A DNA stretch of 53,736 bases, taken from assembly GCA_002269645.1 (NCBI GenBank), contig NIVC01002547.1, forward strand, positions 1 through 53,736, read 5' to 3'. Below are positions 24,076 to 36,900 of the stretch, one piece after another (position 1 is the first letter of the stretch; each line of letters starts with the position of its first letter). This DNA comes from Macrostomum lignano. Lineage: Eukaryota. The position numbers and the translations under genes are program-made. The notes beneath the pieces were generated by a model. The model searched no databases. It was not told the origin of the DNA and saw nothing but the letters and a program-made list of their open reading frames with translations.

Positions 24076-27000
24076 TCAGTTCCAAACGCGGACTGTGCGG
24101 TCGCTGCCAGCAGAGATCAGGCAGTCCCCGTGCTGGTCGAAGCTGCAGAACTGCACGGAGTCTTCGTGGCCTTCCAGCTTGCTCACCTGCGGGCCGGGCC
24201 GTTCAGTGAGTTGATTTTTATTATTGGGTTCAGTCAAGAAATTGGCTGCCGCCTTGAACTTCTGACAGTGGAAAAAGGTAAACTGGGAGACCAATCACGG
24301 CATTTCTATATTCGGCCTCATTCCCACACCCGCCTCATCCCACACCGCGTCGTCATTCCCACACCCGCCTCATCCCACACCGCGTCATTCCCACACCCGC
24401 CTCATTCCAAACCGGCCAATCCCACACCCGCCTCATCCCACATCTAGCTGAGCTAAGCTCCCTGCAGCCGCTGACTCACCCCTCCAGTCGCGACTTCGAT
24501 CATCTTGACGGTGGCGTCGTTGCTGGCAACGGCCAGCAGAGTGGACGATGGGTCGAATGCGACGCAGTTCGCCGCGTGCGGGCCGAGGTCGAGCGCCGAC
24601 TTGGGCCGGTCGGCGCGCACGTCGAACACCTTGAGGAAGCCGAAGGAGTCCACGGAGGCCACGGTGTCGCCCTTGGGGCTGAAGGCGGCGTGGTTCACGC
24701 TGTGTAGGTGGCCGTAGAAGGTGTGCACGGAGGTGCCAACGCGCGGGTCCCAGACCAGCAGGGTCTTGTCGGCGGAGCAGGTCAGCAGCAGGTTGCCGTG
24801 CGGCAGCCAGCTGACGGAGTTGACGGACTCGGCGTGGCCCCGCAGGATCTGGCGGCAGCGGACGGAGCCCAGGTCGAACAGGCGCACCGTGTTATCCATG
24901 CTGGCGCTGGCGATGAAGTTGCCGGTCCAGTGGTACTGCAGAGACCAGACGGCGCTGCTGTGCTCGTTGAAGGTGTGCAGGCACTCGCCGGCGTGCAGGT
25001 CCCACAGCTTCACCAGGTTGTCCCCGCCGCCGGTGACCAGCTGCGAGCCAGACGGGTGGAAGTGCGCGCTCGACACCCACTGCGAGTGGCCTTCGCCCGT
25101 GAACTGGCACTCGCCGCCCGGCAGTGACCACAGCTTCCACACCGCGTCATCGCCTGTGGTCACCAGCTCCTGCTTGCCCAGCGGGTTGAGCGCCAGGCTG
25201 CTCACCGCCGCCTCGTGGGCCTCCCAGGTGTTGGACAGCTTCAGGCCGCCCGACCGCGTCAGGTGCACCGGAGCGCCGCGGCCATTTGCAAGGGCCGGGT
25301 TGATGCCGCGGTCCTTCGGGAAGTCTTTGTCCTGAAGGATATGAAGGTGCTGTGTATTCAGCTACATGTAAGCAAATGTGTAACTATGAATTGAGGGCGA
25401 GGAGGGATCATATTCGTTTGAGGTTTCTGGCCTGAGTTTTTTGGCTAGTAGAGTACAGTCTGGTGATAGGAATTGCGATCCTCTGCGGCTGTGCTAGAAG
25501 TACATGTGTGTGCTAGAAGTACATGTGTGTGCTAGAATTGCATGTGTGTGCTAGAAGTACATGTGTGTGCTAGAATTGCATGTGTGTGCTAGAAGTACAT
25601 GTGTGTGCTCGAAGTACATGTAGTCCCAGTGCGCGGCCTTCTACGAGCCAGGAGAACAGGGGGATGCCAACTGTACGTCAGCTCTGGGCCGCACCTTGGG
25701 ATGCCGCACGTAGCCAGCGGGCAAGTTGGCCACATCCTGGCGAGCCTCCGCCCGCCTCCGCTCAGCCATCTGCTCCTTGCCCGTCAGCTCGCGGCCGCCA
25801 CCGGCGCGCCCGCCAACCGTTGGGGCCGCCCGCAGTTCTGCCGCGTCGCCGGCGCCGCCTCCGCCCGCAGGCCTCTGCGCGGAGCTGCCGCGCATCTGCT
25901 CGAGACTCTTCAAGGTCGACTGCAGGCCGGCCACCTGGCCCATGGCCCGGTCCCGCTCCAGCTTGCTCAGCATCTTCTCCTTCATCGCCACTTCGTACTT
26001 GTGGCGCAGCTGCTCCAGTCTTGGCTCGTAGGCTGCGTAGTGACGCTTCATCCTGCGGGAGAAAAAGCCATGGCACTCTCGAATAGTTCGAGCATGATCT
26101 ATTTAAATCTTGGCATCTGCAAGGTGTTTTTTGAGAACAACGCAGTGCAGGAGGCAGCCTCACAGCTTGATGTCGTCCAGCAGCTTGTTTTTCTCCTGCA
26201 TGACCCGGCGGTGGTTCATCCTGTGGTAGTCCCGCTCGTTGCGCAGCTTCACGTACATCTCCCTGGCTGCCATGGAGGCCGCTTTGTACTTGTCTCGCTC
26301 GTGCCGCATCACCTTGAGCTGGTCGTCCAGCTGCTGGTTGCGGGCGTAGATGTCCGGCACGTCGAACAGGTCCTCCTCGCGCAGCTGGCCCTTCTGCTGC
26401 AGCTCGAAGAACTCGGCCTGCAGCGGGAGAGCCCGGACTGACTTTTGTGACCGCGTGAGAAGCTTTTTACCTCGCTCAGTGACAACTGTGGGATCTCATG
26501 GAGCCCCTCCCGCCAGCACAGGGCGCCCCTGGGGATCTCTTGGAGCCCCTTTAGAGATTTAAATCCACGAATCAAAAAGGAAACAAAAAGCGGCTACAGA
26601 GGAGCCGAGCTCTGAGCCTCTGCCTCAGAAACCGAGCGCGCACCTGAAAAGTGTCGAGAGTCCGCTGCATGCCAATCTTCAGCAGGAAGCTGCGCACAAA
26701 GTCGTCCACGCTCGGTGGGCAGGTGATGAGCACAGGCCGGGCTGCCACGGCCCGCTCTGTCATCGCCGTGTCGTCGTCCGCGGCCTCCTGCAGAACCCGC
26801 ACCGTGGCGACGAGGTCCTCGTCGTTGTCTGTTAATAATAATAATAATTGCAGGAAAGAACTTTGGGTGTTCTTGTGAAACAGTTTCGGCGACATCTTCC
26901 CACAACCAGCACTACAAGCGTGTGTATACTGTAGGGGGGGCACGCACTCGTGCACACCCTCACACAGGGTGTAAAGCGGCCCAGACTGTCTAATCGTCAA

Positions 27001-27518
27001 TTTTCGCGCACAAGCCCAAAATTAATGCTGCCGTGCACTGAAATCCAAGCAGGGCCGTGGCGCGAGAGTCAGTCGCTGAGCTACTCCACCCCTCGTTGTC
27101 TGCTCAGCAGCAGACCGCTCTTGTACACTGTAGTTAAATTGTTTCTTGCATAACGACACTTATTATTTTCTCACTAAAATCATGACTAAAATAAAAAGTT
27201 ATATGTCTGACTTTTGGATAAGCTGCAATAGTCATAATAACCTATTTGTTACTTTTATTTGTTAGCACTGCTACAAGTAAGTTTTTTGCTTATTAAATAA
27301 ATATTATCTTATTAAATAAATACAATTTTATAGTTCAAAGTCTCCAACAAATCAATTTAATAGAGTTTTCATTTATAGAATTGAAAAAATGCTTTAAAAA
27401 ACAAAAAGAGGATTATTTCAACTGAAAATTATTTACTCACCCATGGCTGGAACATCATCTTCAACAGGGACTTCCTCATAGTTGTACTCAGATGGATTTT
27501 CGTCTGGCAGTTGCTCAA
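24076..27518 (-). CDS. SPAG16: Sperm-associated antigen 16 (PF20, axonemal central-pair WD40 protein); exons 27441-27518, 26644-26828, 26164-26417, 25695-26052, 24480-25331, 24076-24186; first exon not securely placed (candidate ATG at 28129)
   Basis: EYNYEEVP, SVDDFVRSFLLKIGMQRTLDTFQ.EFFEL.QKG, ERDYHRMNHRRVMQEKNKL, KRHYAAYEP, KEKMLSKLERDR and seven WD40 repeats (GHSQWVSSAHFHPSG, GHAESVNS, GHLHSVN, GHEDSV...TVRVWN*). Intron phases are all compatible. Confidence 0.94.
24320..24445. repeat. Short degenerate repeat (CCCACACCCGCCTCAT), last SPAG16 intron
   Basis: About 5-6 imperfect copies seen. Confidence 0.75.
25490..25622. repeat. 19-bp minisatellite (GTGTGTGCTAGAAGTACAT), about 6-7 copies, SPAG16 intron
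   Basis: Seen directly. Confidence 0.92.
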
Positions 27519-30294
27519 CTGATTTTTTATTGCTTTGTTAAGGAAATTAGCGGGTATATCAAATTAAACTGAATAGATATAAGATTCTAAAACAGACAAA
27601 AAGAAAACCATTCTTTAACAGAAATATGGTATTTTATTTTCCTATTTATGTTGTTAAAGTTTAATAAACTATTCCAACTCTCCCAAACAAGGTTATTATT
27701 TTATTTTCGAAATGAAGCTGCGGATGAAATTCAAGCAAGATTAAATTAGGTAAAATAAATAAAAAAAAACTTTAATTTTAAATACGAAGTCTTGAATGTT
27801 CATGTTAGGAAGTCTTGTATAAGTTGGACTTATGATTCTTAGTTTAATTTAAGTTCTCGCTTGAGTTAAAATGAAAATATTTATAAATGAATCGTATTTA
27901 TAAAAAAATAACTTGTACTCAATTTACCTGTTTACAAATATTATAAGTTCCTGTCCTAAAAGAAACTTTTATAGAAAATTACAAGTATCATACCGAAATC
28001 ATGACTATTTTCAGTCAAAAAGTAGCACAAAAATATAAAGTTTATAAAGGACAAAGAAAACTATAGGGAAAAATATTAAACACCGCGAATTAAAAGGATA
28101 CACGACACAGTGTACTTGTTGTCTTCCATAGCTTAGAGATTACTCACTGAACCTATATTATCGGTTATCGTGTTGTTGAAATTTCACGAATGTTTAGAAA
28201 AATTGTCTTTCGGAAAACTGAACTTAAAATGAAAACCCTAACCATAGTGGCAGCTGAATTCCATAATTAAACAATTTAGAAAATTTGTTTCAAAATAAAA
28301 ACCTAAAGCTACAATGCATTTGTGCGTTTATATTGCTTTTATTAATTGAAGATCTGAAAGAAAAAAAATTTTGTTTATTTTTGATACATTTTACCAGCAA
28401 CGGTATGTTGATTTTTTGAACGATTCAAACAAAGGGTAGCGCACGCGCCTAAATAATCTAAAATATCATAAAGCAAGCAATGATCAAGAAAATAAATTTA
28501 TGCATTTCTACTTTTTAACGATTATTTTCATCAACAAATTTGAACTTTGTATTACATGGTGCAGTATACATGTATGTATGAGCAGCATCGGATTTCAATA
28601 GTTTTCTTTCCGACGTATCGGACCAATTTTTCTTGTGGCATTCGAATTTTAGCACTTTAGCTATCAATATTATCTTCCGGTTTGGTGTGAAAAAAAGATA
28701 TCAACAGAAAAGGCAAGTGGCTTTTCTGTCTCTCCGGCCTGTTCGGGACCGGCAGCGTGTATACTCGATCGAAAGTTCGATCCATCTCTCTACGTCTCAC
28801 TGAGCCGGCCAGTTGGAATAATAATGAAAAATGGGATCTAATGCCTGCCAACTTAAACCCATAGAGTTGAGCTGAATATCTAAAGTAGGCGGAATCGTGC
28901 AATACATATAAAATAGTCTCATACTTGGCGTTTAACTGGTAAATGAGACAATAAAATACTTGTACATACATGTAACACATGGATATGTAAAGTATGAAGG
29001 ACATGGACAGCTGAAAGTAGACTGGTAGTAGGTCAAAGGATTAAAGAAAGTTGGAACATACATTTCGTCTTGAGGACCATCAGTGTTTGATGGGAATAGA
29101 AGTTCTTCGTTTTTTTTCGATAAAGAAAAATCCCATGGCACTTCACGGACCAGTTAGACACTTTAAATTTTGCGAAGTACACTGCAGCTTCGCTATGCAT
29201 GCAAATCATGAATGTTTTCAATGGTTCGTTATCTCTACTAAGCCAAAACTGTCTTTTTGGCGAAATGAAACATACATACATGTATATTCGATCTGACTTC
29301 GTGTTTCTAACTGCTTTTTTGAGAGGTCCAGTCAGTGTTTATAATTCTAAATGGGAAATAATTCATAGGGATCATGCAATGCCGGAATTTCCGTGGCCAG
29401 TCCACAAATGAGAGGGTTGCGGCGAGTCCAGTCTGCGTGAGTGATTATTCCACTTTGCTTGCCGGCCTCATAAAAGGATTAATGGCACGGGAGTTCGCAT
29501 AGAGAACTTGGGTATGCATGGTCTGCCTGCACATTGCTCTGAGGGAGGAATGAGTTCTTGATTGAGTTACTGAGCTGCTGCTGTCCGGCATCAGTACTCG
29601 CAGACCTTTTGCGCAGGCTTGATTATTTGCAGGGTGAGACACTTAACTGTGCGGCAGACGCTGTTCTTGCAGCTAGCAGTGACCCTTGTTCAAACAAGCT
29701 TGGAAGGTTTTTGCCTGGTCAAAGTTTGGTATTTGCGCTAGCAAAGCCTCGAAGAACTTGGAAGACTTTTGTGAGCTTTCTGAGCTAAGGAAACTGCTGG
29801 ATGACCCACGTGACCTGAAAAGTGGGACCACTCAGAATCGTCTGATGAGGCGTGAATGCGTGAGCATGATAGCCAAAGAACAGAGAGGCCACTGACAGTT
29901 CTGTGGGACTTCTGCTGAGTTTCTTTTCCCAGCAACCTCTCCCATGTCGCCATGCCTTGACTGCACTTCACAGCCCTGTGCAATGGAATCGCAGCCTCAC
30001 TCGCTTGTTCAGTCAGCCTCAATTGATTGCCCTCTCTTCCGCTGCGGGTGAGACTCTGTGCACTGGCCGCTGCAGTGCTCAAATCCAGTCATCTGTCATA
30101 CTTCAATCGAATGCATATATTCATTGCATATGCAGAATGTGTTTTGTTTCGCAGTTTAGCTTCACATTTAGGTATACGATTGGAACGCTCAGCAAAGAAA
30201 AGACAATTGCACTGGGAGGGAGTCAGTCCGGGACTACAAAGGAATTTTTAATTTTCATTCATTGCAGAAGTACGAGCTATTGACTTGAAAGGAG

Positions 30295-30993
30295 TTGCAG
30301 CCAGTTGCAGTCGGTTGCAGTAAGTGTTCACCAGCTATTTGCAGTCAGTTGCAGTCAGTGTTCACCAGCTATTTGCAGCCAGTTGCAGTCAGTGTTCACC
30401 AGCTATTTGCAGTCAGTTGCAGTCAGTGTTCACCAGCTATTTGCAGTCAGTTGCAGTCAGTGTTCACCAGCTATTTGCAGCCAGTTGCAGTCAGTGTTCA
30501 CCAGCTATTTGCAGTCAGTTGCAGTCAGTGTTCACCAGCTATTTGCAGCCAGTTGCAGTCAGTGTTCACCAGCTATTTGCAGCCAGTTGCAGTCAGTGTT
30601 CACCAGCTATTTGCAGTCAGTTGCAGTCAGTGTTCACCAGCTATTTGCAGTCAGTTGCAGTCAGTGTTCACCAGCTATTTGCAGTCAGTTGCAGTCAGTG
30701 TTCACCAGCTATTTGCAGTCAGTTGCAATCAGTGTTCACCAGCTATTTGCAGTCAGTTGCAGTCAGTGTTCACCAGCTATTTGCAGTTAGTTGCAGTCAG
30801 TGTTCACCAGCTATTTGCAGTCAGTTGCAATCAGTGTTCACCAGCTATTTGCAGTCAGTTGCAGTCAGTGTTCACCAGCTATTTGCAGTCAGTTGCAGTC
30901 AGTGTTCACCAGCTATTTGCAGCCAGTTGCAGTCAGTGTTCACCAGCTATTTGCAGTCAGTTGCAGTCAGTGTTCACCAGCTATTTGCAGTCA
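30295..30993. repeat. 34-bp minisatellite (CAGTCAGTTGCAGTCAGTGTTCACCAGCTATTTG), about 20 copies, directly 3' of the iGluR stop
   Basis: Tandem periodicity; the long ORFs here are repeat artefacts. Confidence 0.97.
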
Positions 30994-33900
30994 TTTGATG
31001 TCGGTGATGACAAGAACGGGTGGTACTTCGACTCCCTCTGCTCCCTCCGGCCGCCAGCGAATGTTTCGAAATTCCTCTGGCAGCTGGGGCTGCTGATCCT
31101 CCTTTGTCGCCTTCCACAGGGTCCGCCGGTGCCGTTTGAAGCCGCGCTTGTGGGCGGCGCGGGCGAGGTCGGCCAGGCAGCCGAGGTGGCGCTTCCCGCT
31201 GCCACTGACAGACAGGGCGTGGCCGCAGGCGGTCCAGCCGCAGGCTTGGCTGAGCAACTCGAAGGCCAGAGTGACGCCTCCAGCCGCGCAGAAGACGAGA
31301 AACAGCAAGAAGATGCCGGCCGCTTGGCTGAGATCCAGGATGTCCGGCTGGCCGGCCTGGCAGATCACGGAGGGCGTCCAGTACTTCAGGCGCAGCCGCT
31401 CAATGAGACCCTTCTCCAACAGGAGCTGCAGCCTGAGAAGTGAACACAGGTGATTCTGGCTGTGCGAACGGCTTCACCGGTTAGCAATGAGCGTTGAGCT
31501 CTTCGACTTCTTTTACCTGAATTAATAGCAGGTCTACTGGCGGCTTGAAACTGCAGCTGCAATCCCAGCCCCTGAGACCGCAGCTGCAATCCCAGCCCCT
31601 GAAACCGCAGCTGCAATCCCAGCCCCTGAGACCGCAGCTGCACTGACACGGACAAACTCACGCTCTGTTGAACCGCTCGAGCCAGACGGCGTCCCGGGCG
31701 ACGCCGAAAGCGAGGCTGTTGGGGCTGAAGGCGAGTTCGGTGAGCAGCAGGCTGCTGCAGTTGTCCTTGACGTCGGCGCTCAGCTTCGTTCGATCGGCCA
31801 CGAAGGCCAGTCGCTTCTGACTGTCGCCGGCCAGCAGGCCGTAGGGCTCGGAGCCCAGACCGGCCAGCCGTAGCCGGCCGGAGTCCCGGATGGCGGCCAT
31901 CGCGCTGCCGGGCGGCGCTGTGTCAAACAGCTGCTGTGTGCTGCCGCCCTCTGGCAGCAGGAACTCGTAGCCCTGGGCGAGCATCTCTGACAGGCTCCGT
32001 GGCGAGCTGGCCTTCTCTGGCACCGTCAGGGAGGCCACCATGGAGGCCGTGTATGTGGACAGCAGGATGAGCGACACCGCCCACCAGCAGAACATGAGCG
32101 TGCGGGACGATGGGGAGTTGGGGTAGAAGTCCTGGCCTGCGGGCGGGTGCATCAATCCGCAGTTGGAGCAGACTGCGGATTCGTTCAATTCAGGCAGACA
32201 TCCTTCTTACCTTGGTGCAGCAGAACGCCGAACAAATTCCAAGCATTCTGCTTCACGGACACCTCGTCCTGATAGGCGAGCATTGGGATTCCCTTCACGT
32301 GCAGGGCGTGCAGATTCCACAGCGAGATGGGGCTGAGCCAGGCCATCCAGGCCAACAGCGACGCGCCCACCAGAATGGCCAAGGTGGTCACCAGGTAGGC
32401 CCTGTGGGACAGGAGTACCAAAATGGAGTGCTTCCGGTGGTCCTTGCAGCAACATGGAGGCAACATCGGCTCCGCCTGCAGCTCACCAAGGGTCGAACGG
32501 CCGGAAGAGTCTGAAGAAGTCCACGGACGGCTTCAGCACGGGAATCACGGCGCCCTTGAACTCCAGGGTCCAGGGCAGGCTGAAGTCAACGAGCTGCGCC
32601 CGCTGCCACGTCACGGAGAGGTCGCAGCTGGCGAGATCGGCTGACTGCGGAGCGGGAGGAGGAGGCTGGCACTGGGCCCTCATCAAATAGCTCACGAATT
32701 TGTGTTTCACCTGACGCTTAACTCTCCCTACTGGCATCCTGCTTGGCTGAACCCACAGGAAACTCACCCTGTTCGCAAGCATGAGCACAGCTGACTCCAC
32801 AGTCCAGTAGGAAACTCACCCTGTTCGCAAGCATGAGCACAGCTGACTCCACAGTCCAGTAGGAAACTCACCCTGTTCGCAAGCATGAGCACAGCTGACT
32901 CCACAGTCCAGTAGGAAACTCACCCTGTTCGCAAGCATGAGCACAGCTGACTCCCAAGTTCCGTTTTCCAGTCCTTGGAATTGAAAGCTAAAAAGGAGAG
33001 TGTTGAAATGGACTCAATTCCAAAAGGAGAGCTACCTGAAGTTCAGTAGGGGGTCGGCAGAGCTACCCGAGGTTCAGCAGGGGGTCAGCAGAGCTACCTG
33101 AGGTTCAGCAGGGGGTCAGCAGAGCTACCTGAGGTTCAGCAGGGGGTCAGCAGAGCTACCTGAGGTTCAGCAGGGGGTCAGCAGAGCTACCTGAGGTTCA
33201 GCAGCGGGGACAGCAGGTCGAGGATGTCAACACAGATTCCCCGAACGCGGCCCTCGGAGAAGAAGCTGAATGGCGGATTCTGGGTGAACACAACGGTGAG
33301 CCGCTGGGTCTCATTGCTGAGCTCTTCAGTGAGGTTGCCTGGCGCCGTTTCCAATACGACGCTTCCGTTCGGAGCATAGGAGGCGAACTTGGTTGGCCCG
33401 ATTCCTGACAGAGAAGGGTAAATTTTGGAGCTTTTTCCAAGGTTTTGTTTACGCGAGACATCAATTCATTCGAACGATGCGAACAGCCATGAAAATTGGT
33501 GAACGGGTTTCGTGACCTCATGAAATTTATTCTCACTTGATGTCATTATAAATGCTAGGTGTGCAAAGCACTTACCAGAGTAAATTTCCACATTGGCCTG
33601 AAATTCGGTCTGAGTCGCTGACCCGTTTTTCACCGCCTGCGAGTTTTTTAAGTCAGAAATGCATTGAGAGTAGCAAAAATACGACTTGAGACTGGCAAGC
33701 TAAGAGTTGAGACTGGCAAGCTACGAGTTGAGACTGGCAAGCTACGAGTTGAGACTGGCAAGCTACGGGTTGAGACTGGCAAGCTACGAGTTGAGACTGG
33801 CAAGCTACGAGTTGAGACTGGCAAGCTACGAGTTGAGACTGGCAAGCTAAGAGTTGAGACTGGCAAGCTACGAGTTGAGACTGGCAAGCTACGGGTTGAG

Positions 33901-36900
33901 ACTGGCAAGCTAAGAGTTGAGACTGGCAAGCTAAGAGTTGAGACTGCCAAGCTAAGAGTTGAGACTGGCAAGCTACGGGTTGAGACTGGCAAGCTAAGAG
34001 TTGAGACTGCCAAGCTAAGAGTTGAGACTGGCAAGCTACGGGTTGAGACTGGCAAGCTAAGAGTTGAGACTGGCAAGCTAAGAGTTGAGACTGGCAAGCT
34101 ACGGGTTGAGACTGGCAAGCTAAGAGTTGAGACAGGCAAGCTACGAGTTGAGACTGGCAAGCTACGAGTTGAGACTGGCAAGCTACGAGTTGAGACTGGC
34201 AAGCTACGAGTTGAGACTGGCAAGCTACGAGTTGAGACTGGCAAGCTACGGGTTGAGACTGGCAAGCTAAGAGTTGAGACTGGCAAGCTAAGAGTTGAGA
34301 CTGGCAAGCTAAGAGTTGAGACTGGCAAGCTACGGGTTGAGACTGGCAAGCTGAGAGTTGAGACTGGCAAGCTACGAGTTGAGACTGGCAAGCTACGGGT
34401 TGAGACTGGCAAGCTACGAGTTGAGACTGGCAAGCTACGGGTTGAGACTGGAAAGCTACGGGTTGAGACTGGAAAGCTACGGGTTGAGACTGGCAAGCTA
34501 CGGGTTGAGACTGGCAAGCTGAGTTGAGACTGGCAAGCTACGGGTTGAGACTGGCAAGCTACGGGTTGAGACTGGCAAGCTACGAGTTGAGACTGGCAAG
34601 CTACGAGTTGAGACTGGCAAGCTACGAGTTGAGACTGGCAAGCTACGAGTTGAGACTGGCAAGCTACGAGTTGAGACTGGCAAGCTACGAGTTGAGACTG
34701 GCAAGCTACGGGTTGAGACTGGCAAGCTACGAGTTGAGACTGGCAAGCTACGGGTTGAGACTGGCAAGCTACGAGTTGAGACTGGCAAGCTACGGGTTGA
34801 GACTGGCAAGCTAAGAGTTGAGACTGGCAAGCTAAGAGTTGAGACTGGCAAGCTACGAGTTGAGACTGGCAAGCTACGAGTTGAGACTGGCAAGCTACGA
34901 GTTGAGACTGGCAAGCTACGAGTTGAGACTGGCAAGCTACGAGTTGAGACTGGCAAGCTACGGGTTGAGACTGGCAAGCTACGAGTTGAGACTGGCAAGC
35001 TACGGGTTGAGACTGGCAAGCTACGAGTTGAGACTGGCAAGCTACGGGTTGAGACTGGCAAGCTACGAGTTGAGACTGGCAAGCTACGGGTTGAGACTGG
35101 CAAGCTAAGAGTTGAGACTGGCAAGCTACGAGTTGAGACTGGCAAGCTACGAGTTGAGACTGGCAAGCTAAGAGTTGAGACTGGCAAGCTACGAGTTGAG
35201 ACTGGCAAGCTACGAGTTGAGACTGGCAAGCTGCGAGTTGAGACTGGCAAGCTACGAGTTGAGACTGGCAAGCTACGGGTTGAGACTGGCAAGCTACGGG
35301 TTGAGACTGGCAAGCTACGAGTTGAGACTGGCAAGCTACGGGTTGAGACTGGCAAGCGAATAATATTTTGTCTTCTCACCTCAGCTGCAACGGTCAGGAT
35401 TTGCCTCAGCGCATCCTCCATGGAGACTGGCTGCAAGAGACGAGGTGGGGCGACTTTATCTTCTGCCCGGCTGCTATGCTCAAGCAGAAGCTGCAACCAG
35501 CGCTCACCTGAAGGACGACTCGGTAGATTCGGGTCCTCCAGCTGCTCAGAGCGCTTCTACTGAATGCGTCGATGCCGCTGTCAAGGAAGTCGGGCAACGA
35601 GCTGGCAGCACCCGGGGACACCAGCAGCATCCAGGTCTCATTCCAGCCTGCACTGAGCACCTGCGGGCAATTTTGGGGCCCACCGTCCAGGCTGCTGGGC
35701 TAATGACGCTTGGTACTGGCATTTGGCACTCACCGGGCACTGGCACTGGGCACTGACACCTGGCACTGACACCTGGCACTGACACCTGGCACTGACACCT
35801 GGCACTGACACCTGGCACTGACACCTGGCACTGACACCTGGCACTGACACCTGGCACTGACACCTGGCACTGACACCTGGCACTGACACCTGGCACTGAC
35901 ACCTGGCACTGACACCTGGCACTGACACCTGGCACTGACACCTGGCACTGACACCTGGCACTGACACCTGGCACTGACACCTGGCACTGACACCTGGTAC
36001 TGACACCTGGCACTGACACCTGGCACTGACTGATGTCAGTACTGACACCTAAAGCCCAGTACTGACACCTAAAGCCCAGTACTGACACCTGGAGCCCAGT
36101 ACTGACACCTAAATCCCAGTACTGACACCTGGAGCCCAGTACTGACACCTGGAGCCCAGTACTGACACCTGGAGCCCAGTACTGACACCTGGAGCCCAGT
36201 ACTGACACCTGGAGCCCAGTACTGACACCTGGAGCCCAGTACTGACACCTGGAGCCCAGTACTGACACCTAAAGCCCAGTACTGACACCTAAAGCCCAGT
36301 ACTGACACCTGGAGCCCAGTACTGACACCTGGAGCCCAGTACTGACACCTGGAGCCCAGTACTGACACCTGGAGCCCAGTACTGACACCTGGAGCCCAGT
36401 ACTGACACCTGGAGCCCAGTACTGACACCTGGAGCCCAGTACTGACACCTGGAGCCCACTACTGACACCTGGAGCCCACTACTGACACTTGGAGCCCAGT
36501 ACTGACACCTGGAGCCCAGTACTGACACCTGGAGCCCAGTACTGACACCTGGAGCCCAGTACTGACACCTGGAGCCCAGTACTGACACCTGGAGCCCAGT
36601 ACTGACACCTAAAGCCCAGTACTGACACCTGGAGCCCAGTACTGACACCTGGAGCCCAGTACTGACACCTGGAGCCCAGTACTGACACCTGGAGCCCAGT
36701 ACTGACACCTGGAGCCCAGTACTGACACCTGGAGCCCAGTACTGACACCTGGAGCCCAGTACTGACACCTGGAGCCCAGTACTGACACCTAAAGCCCAGT
36801 ACTGACACCTAAAGCCCAGTACTGACACCTGGAGCCCAGTACTGACACCTGGAGCCCAGTACTGACACCTGGAGCCCAGTACTGACACCTGGAGCCCAGT

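Noticed and set aside
30295-31443. 382-aa plus-strand ORF and overlapping ORFs
   Set aside because: They consist of a 34-bp repeat plus the antisense of the iGluR last exon.
32758-33204. CRISPR-like appearance of regularly spaced 30-50-bp repeats (here and at 23391, 40100, 45935)
   Set aside because: Units are head-to-tail with no unique spacers, there are no cas genes, and the context is eukaryotic and spliced.
33648-35496. Long ORFs on both strands (VSTRSLP/RVETGKL/LRLASYE repeats)
   Set aside because: They are translations of a stop-poor 21-bp intronic minisatellite. The flanking exons splice around it with matching phases.
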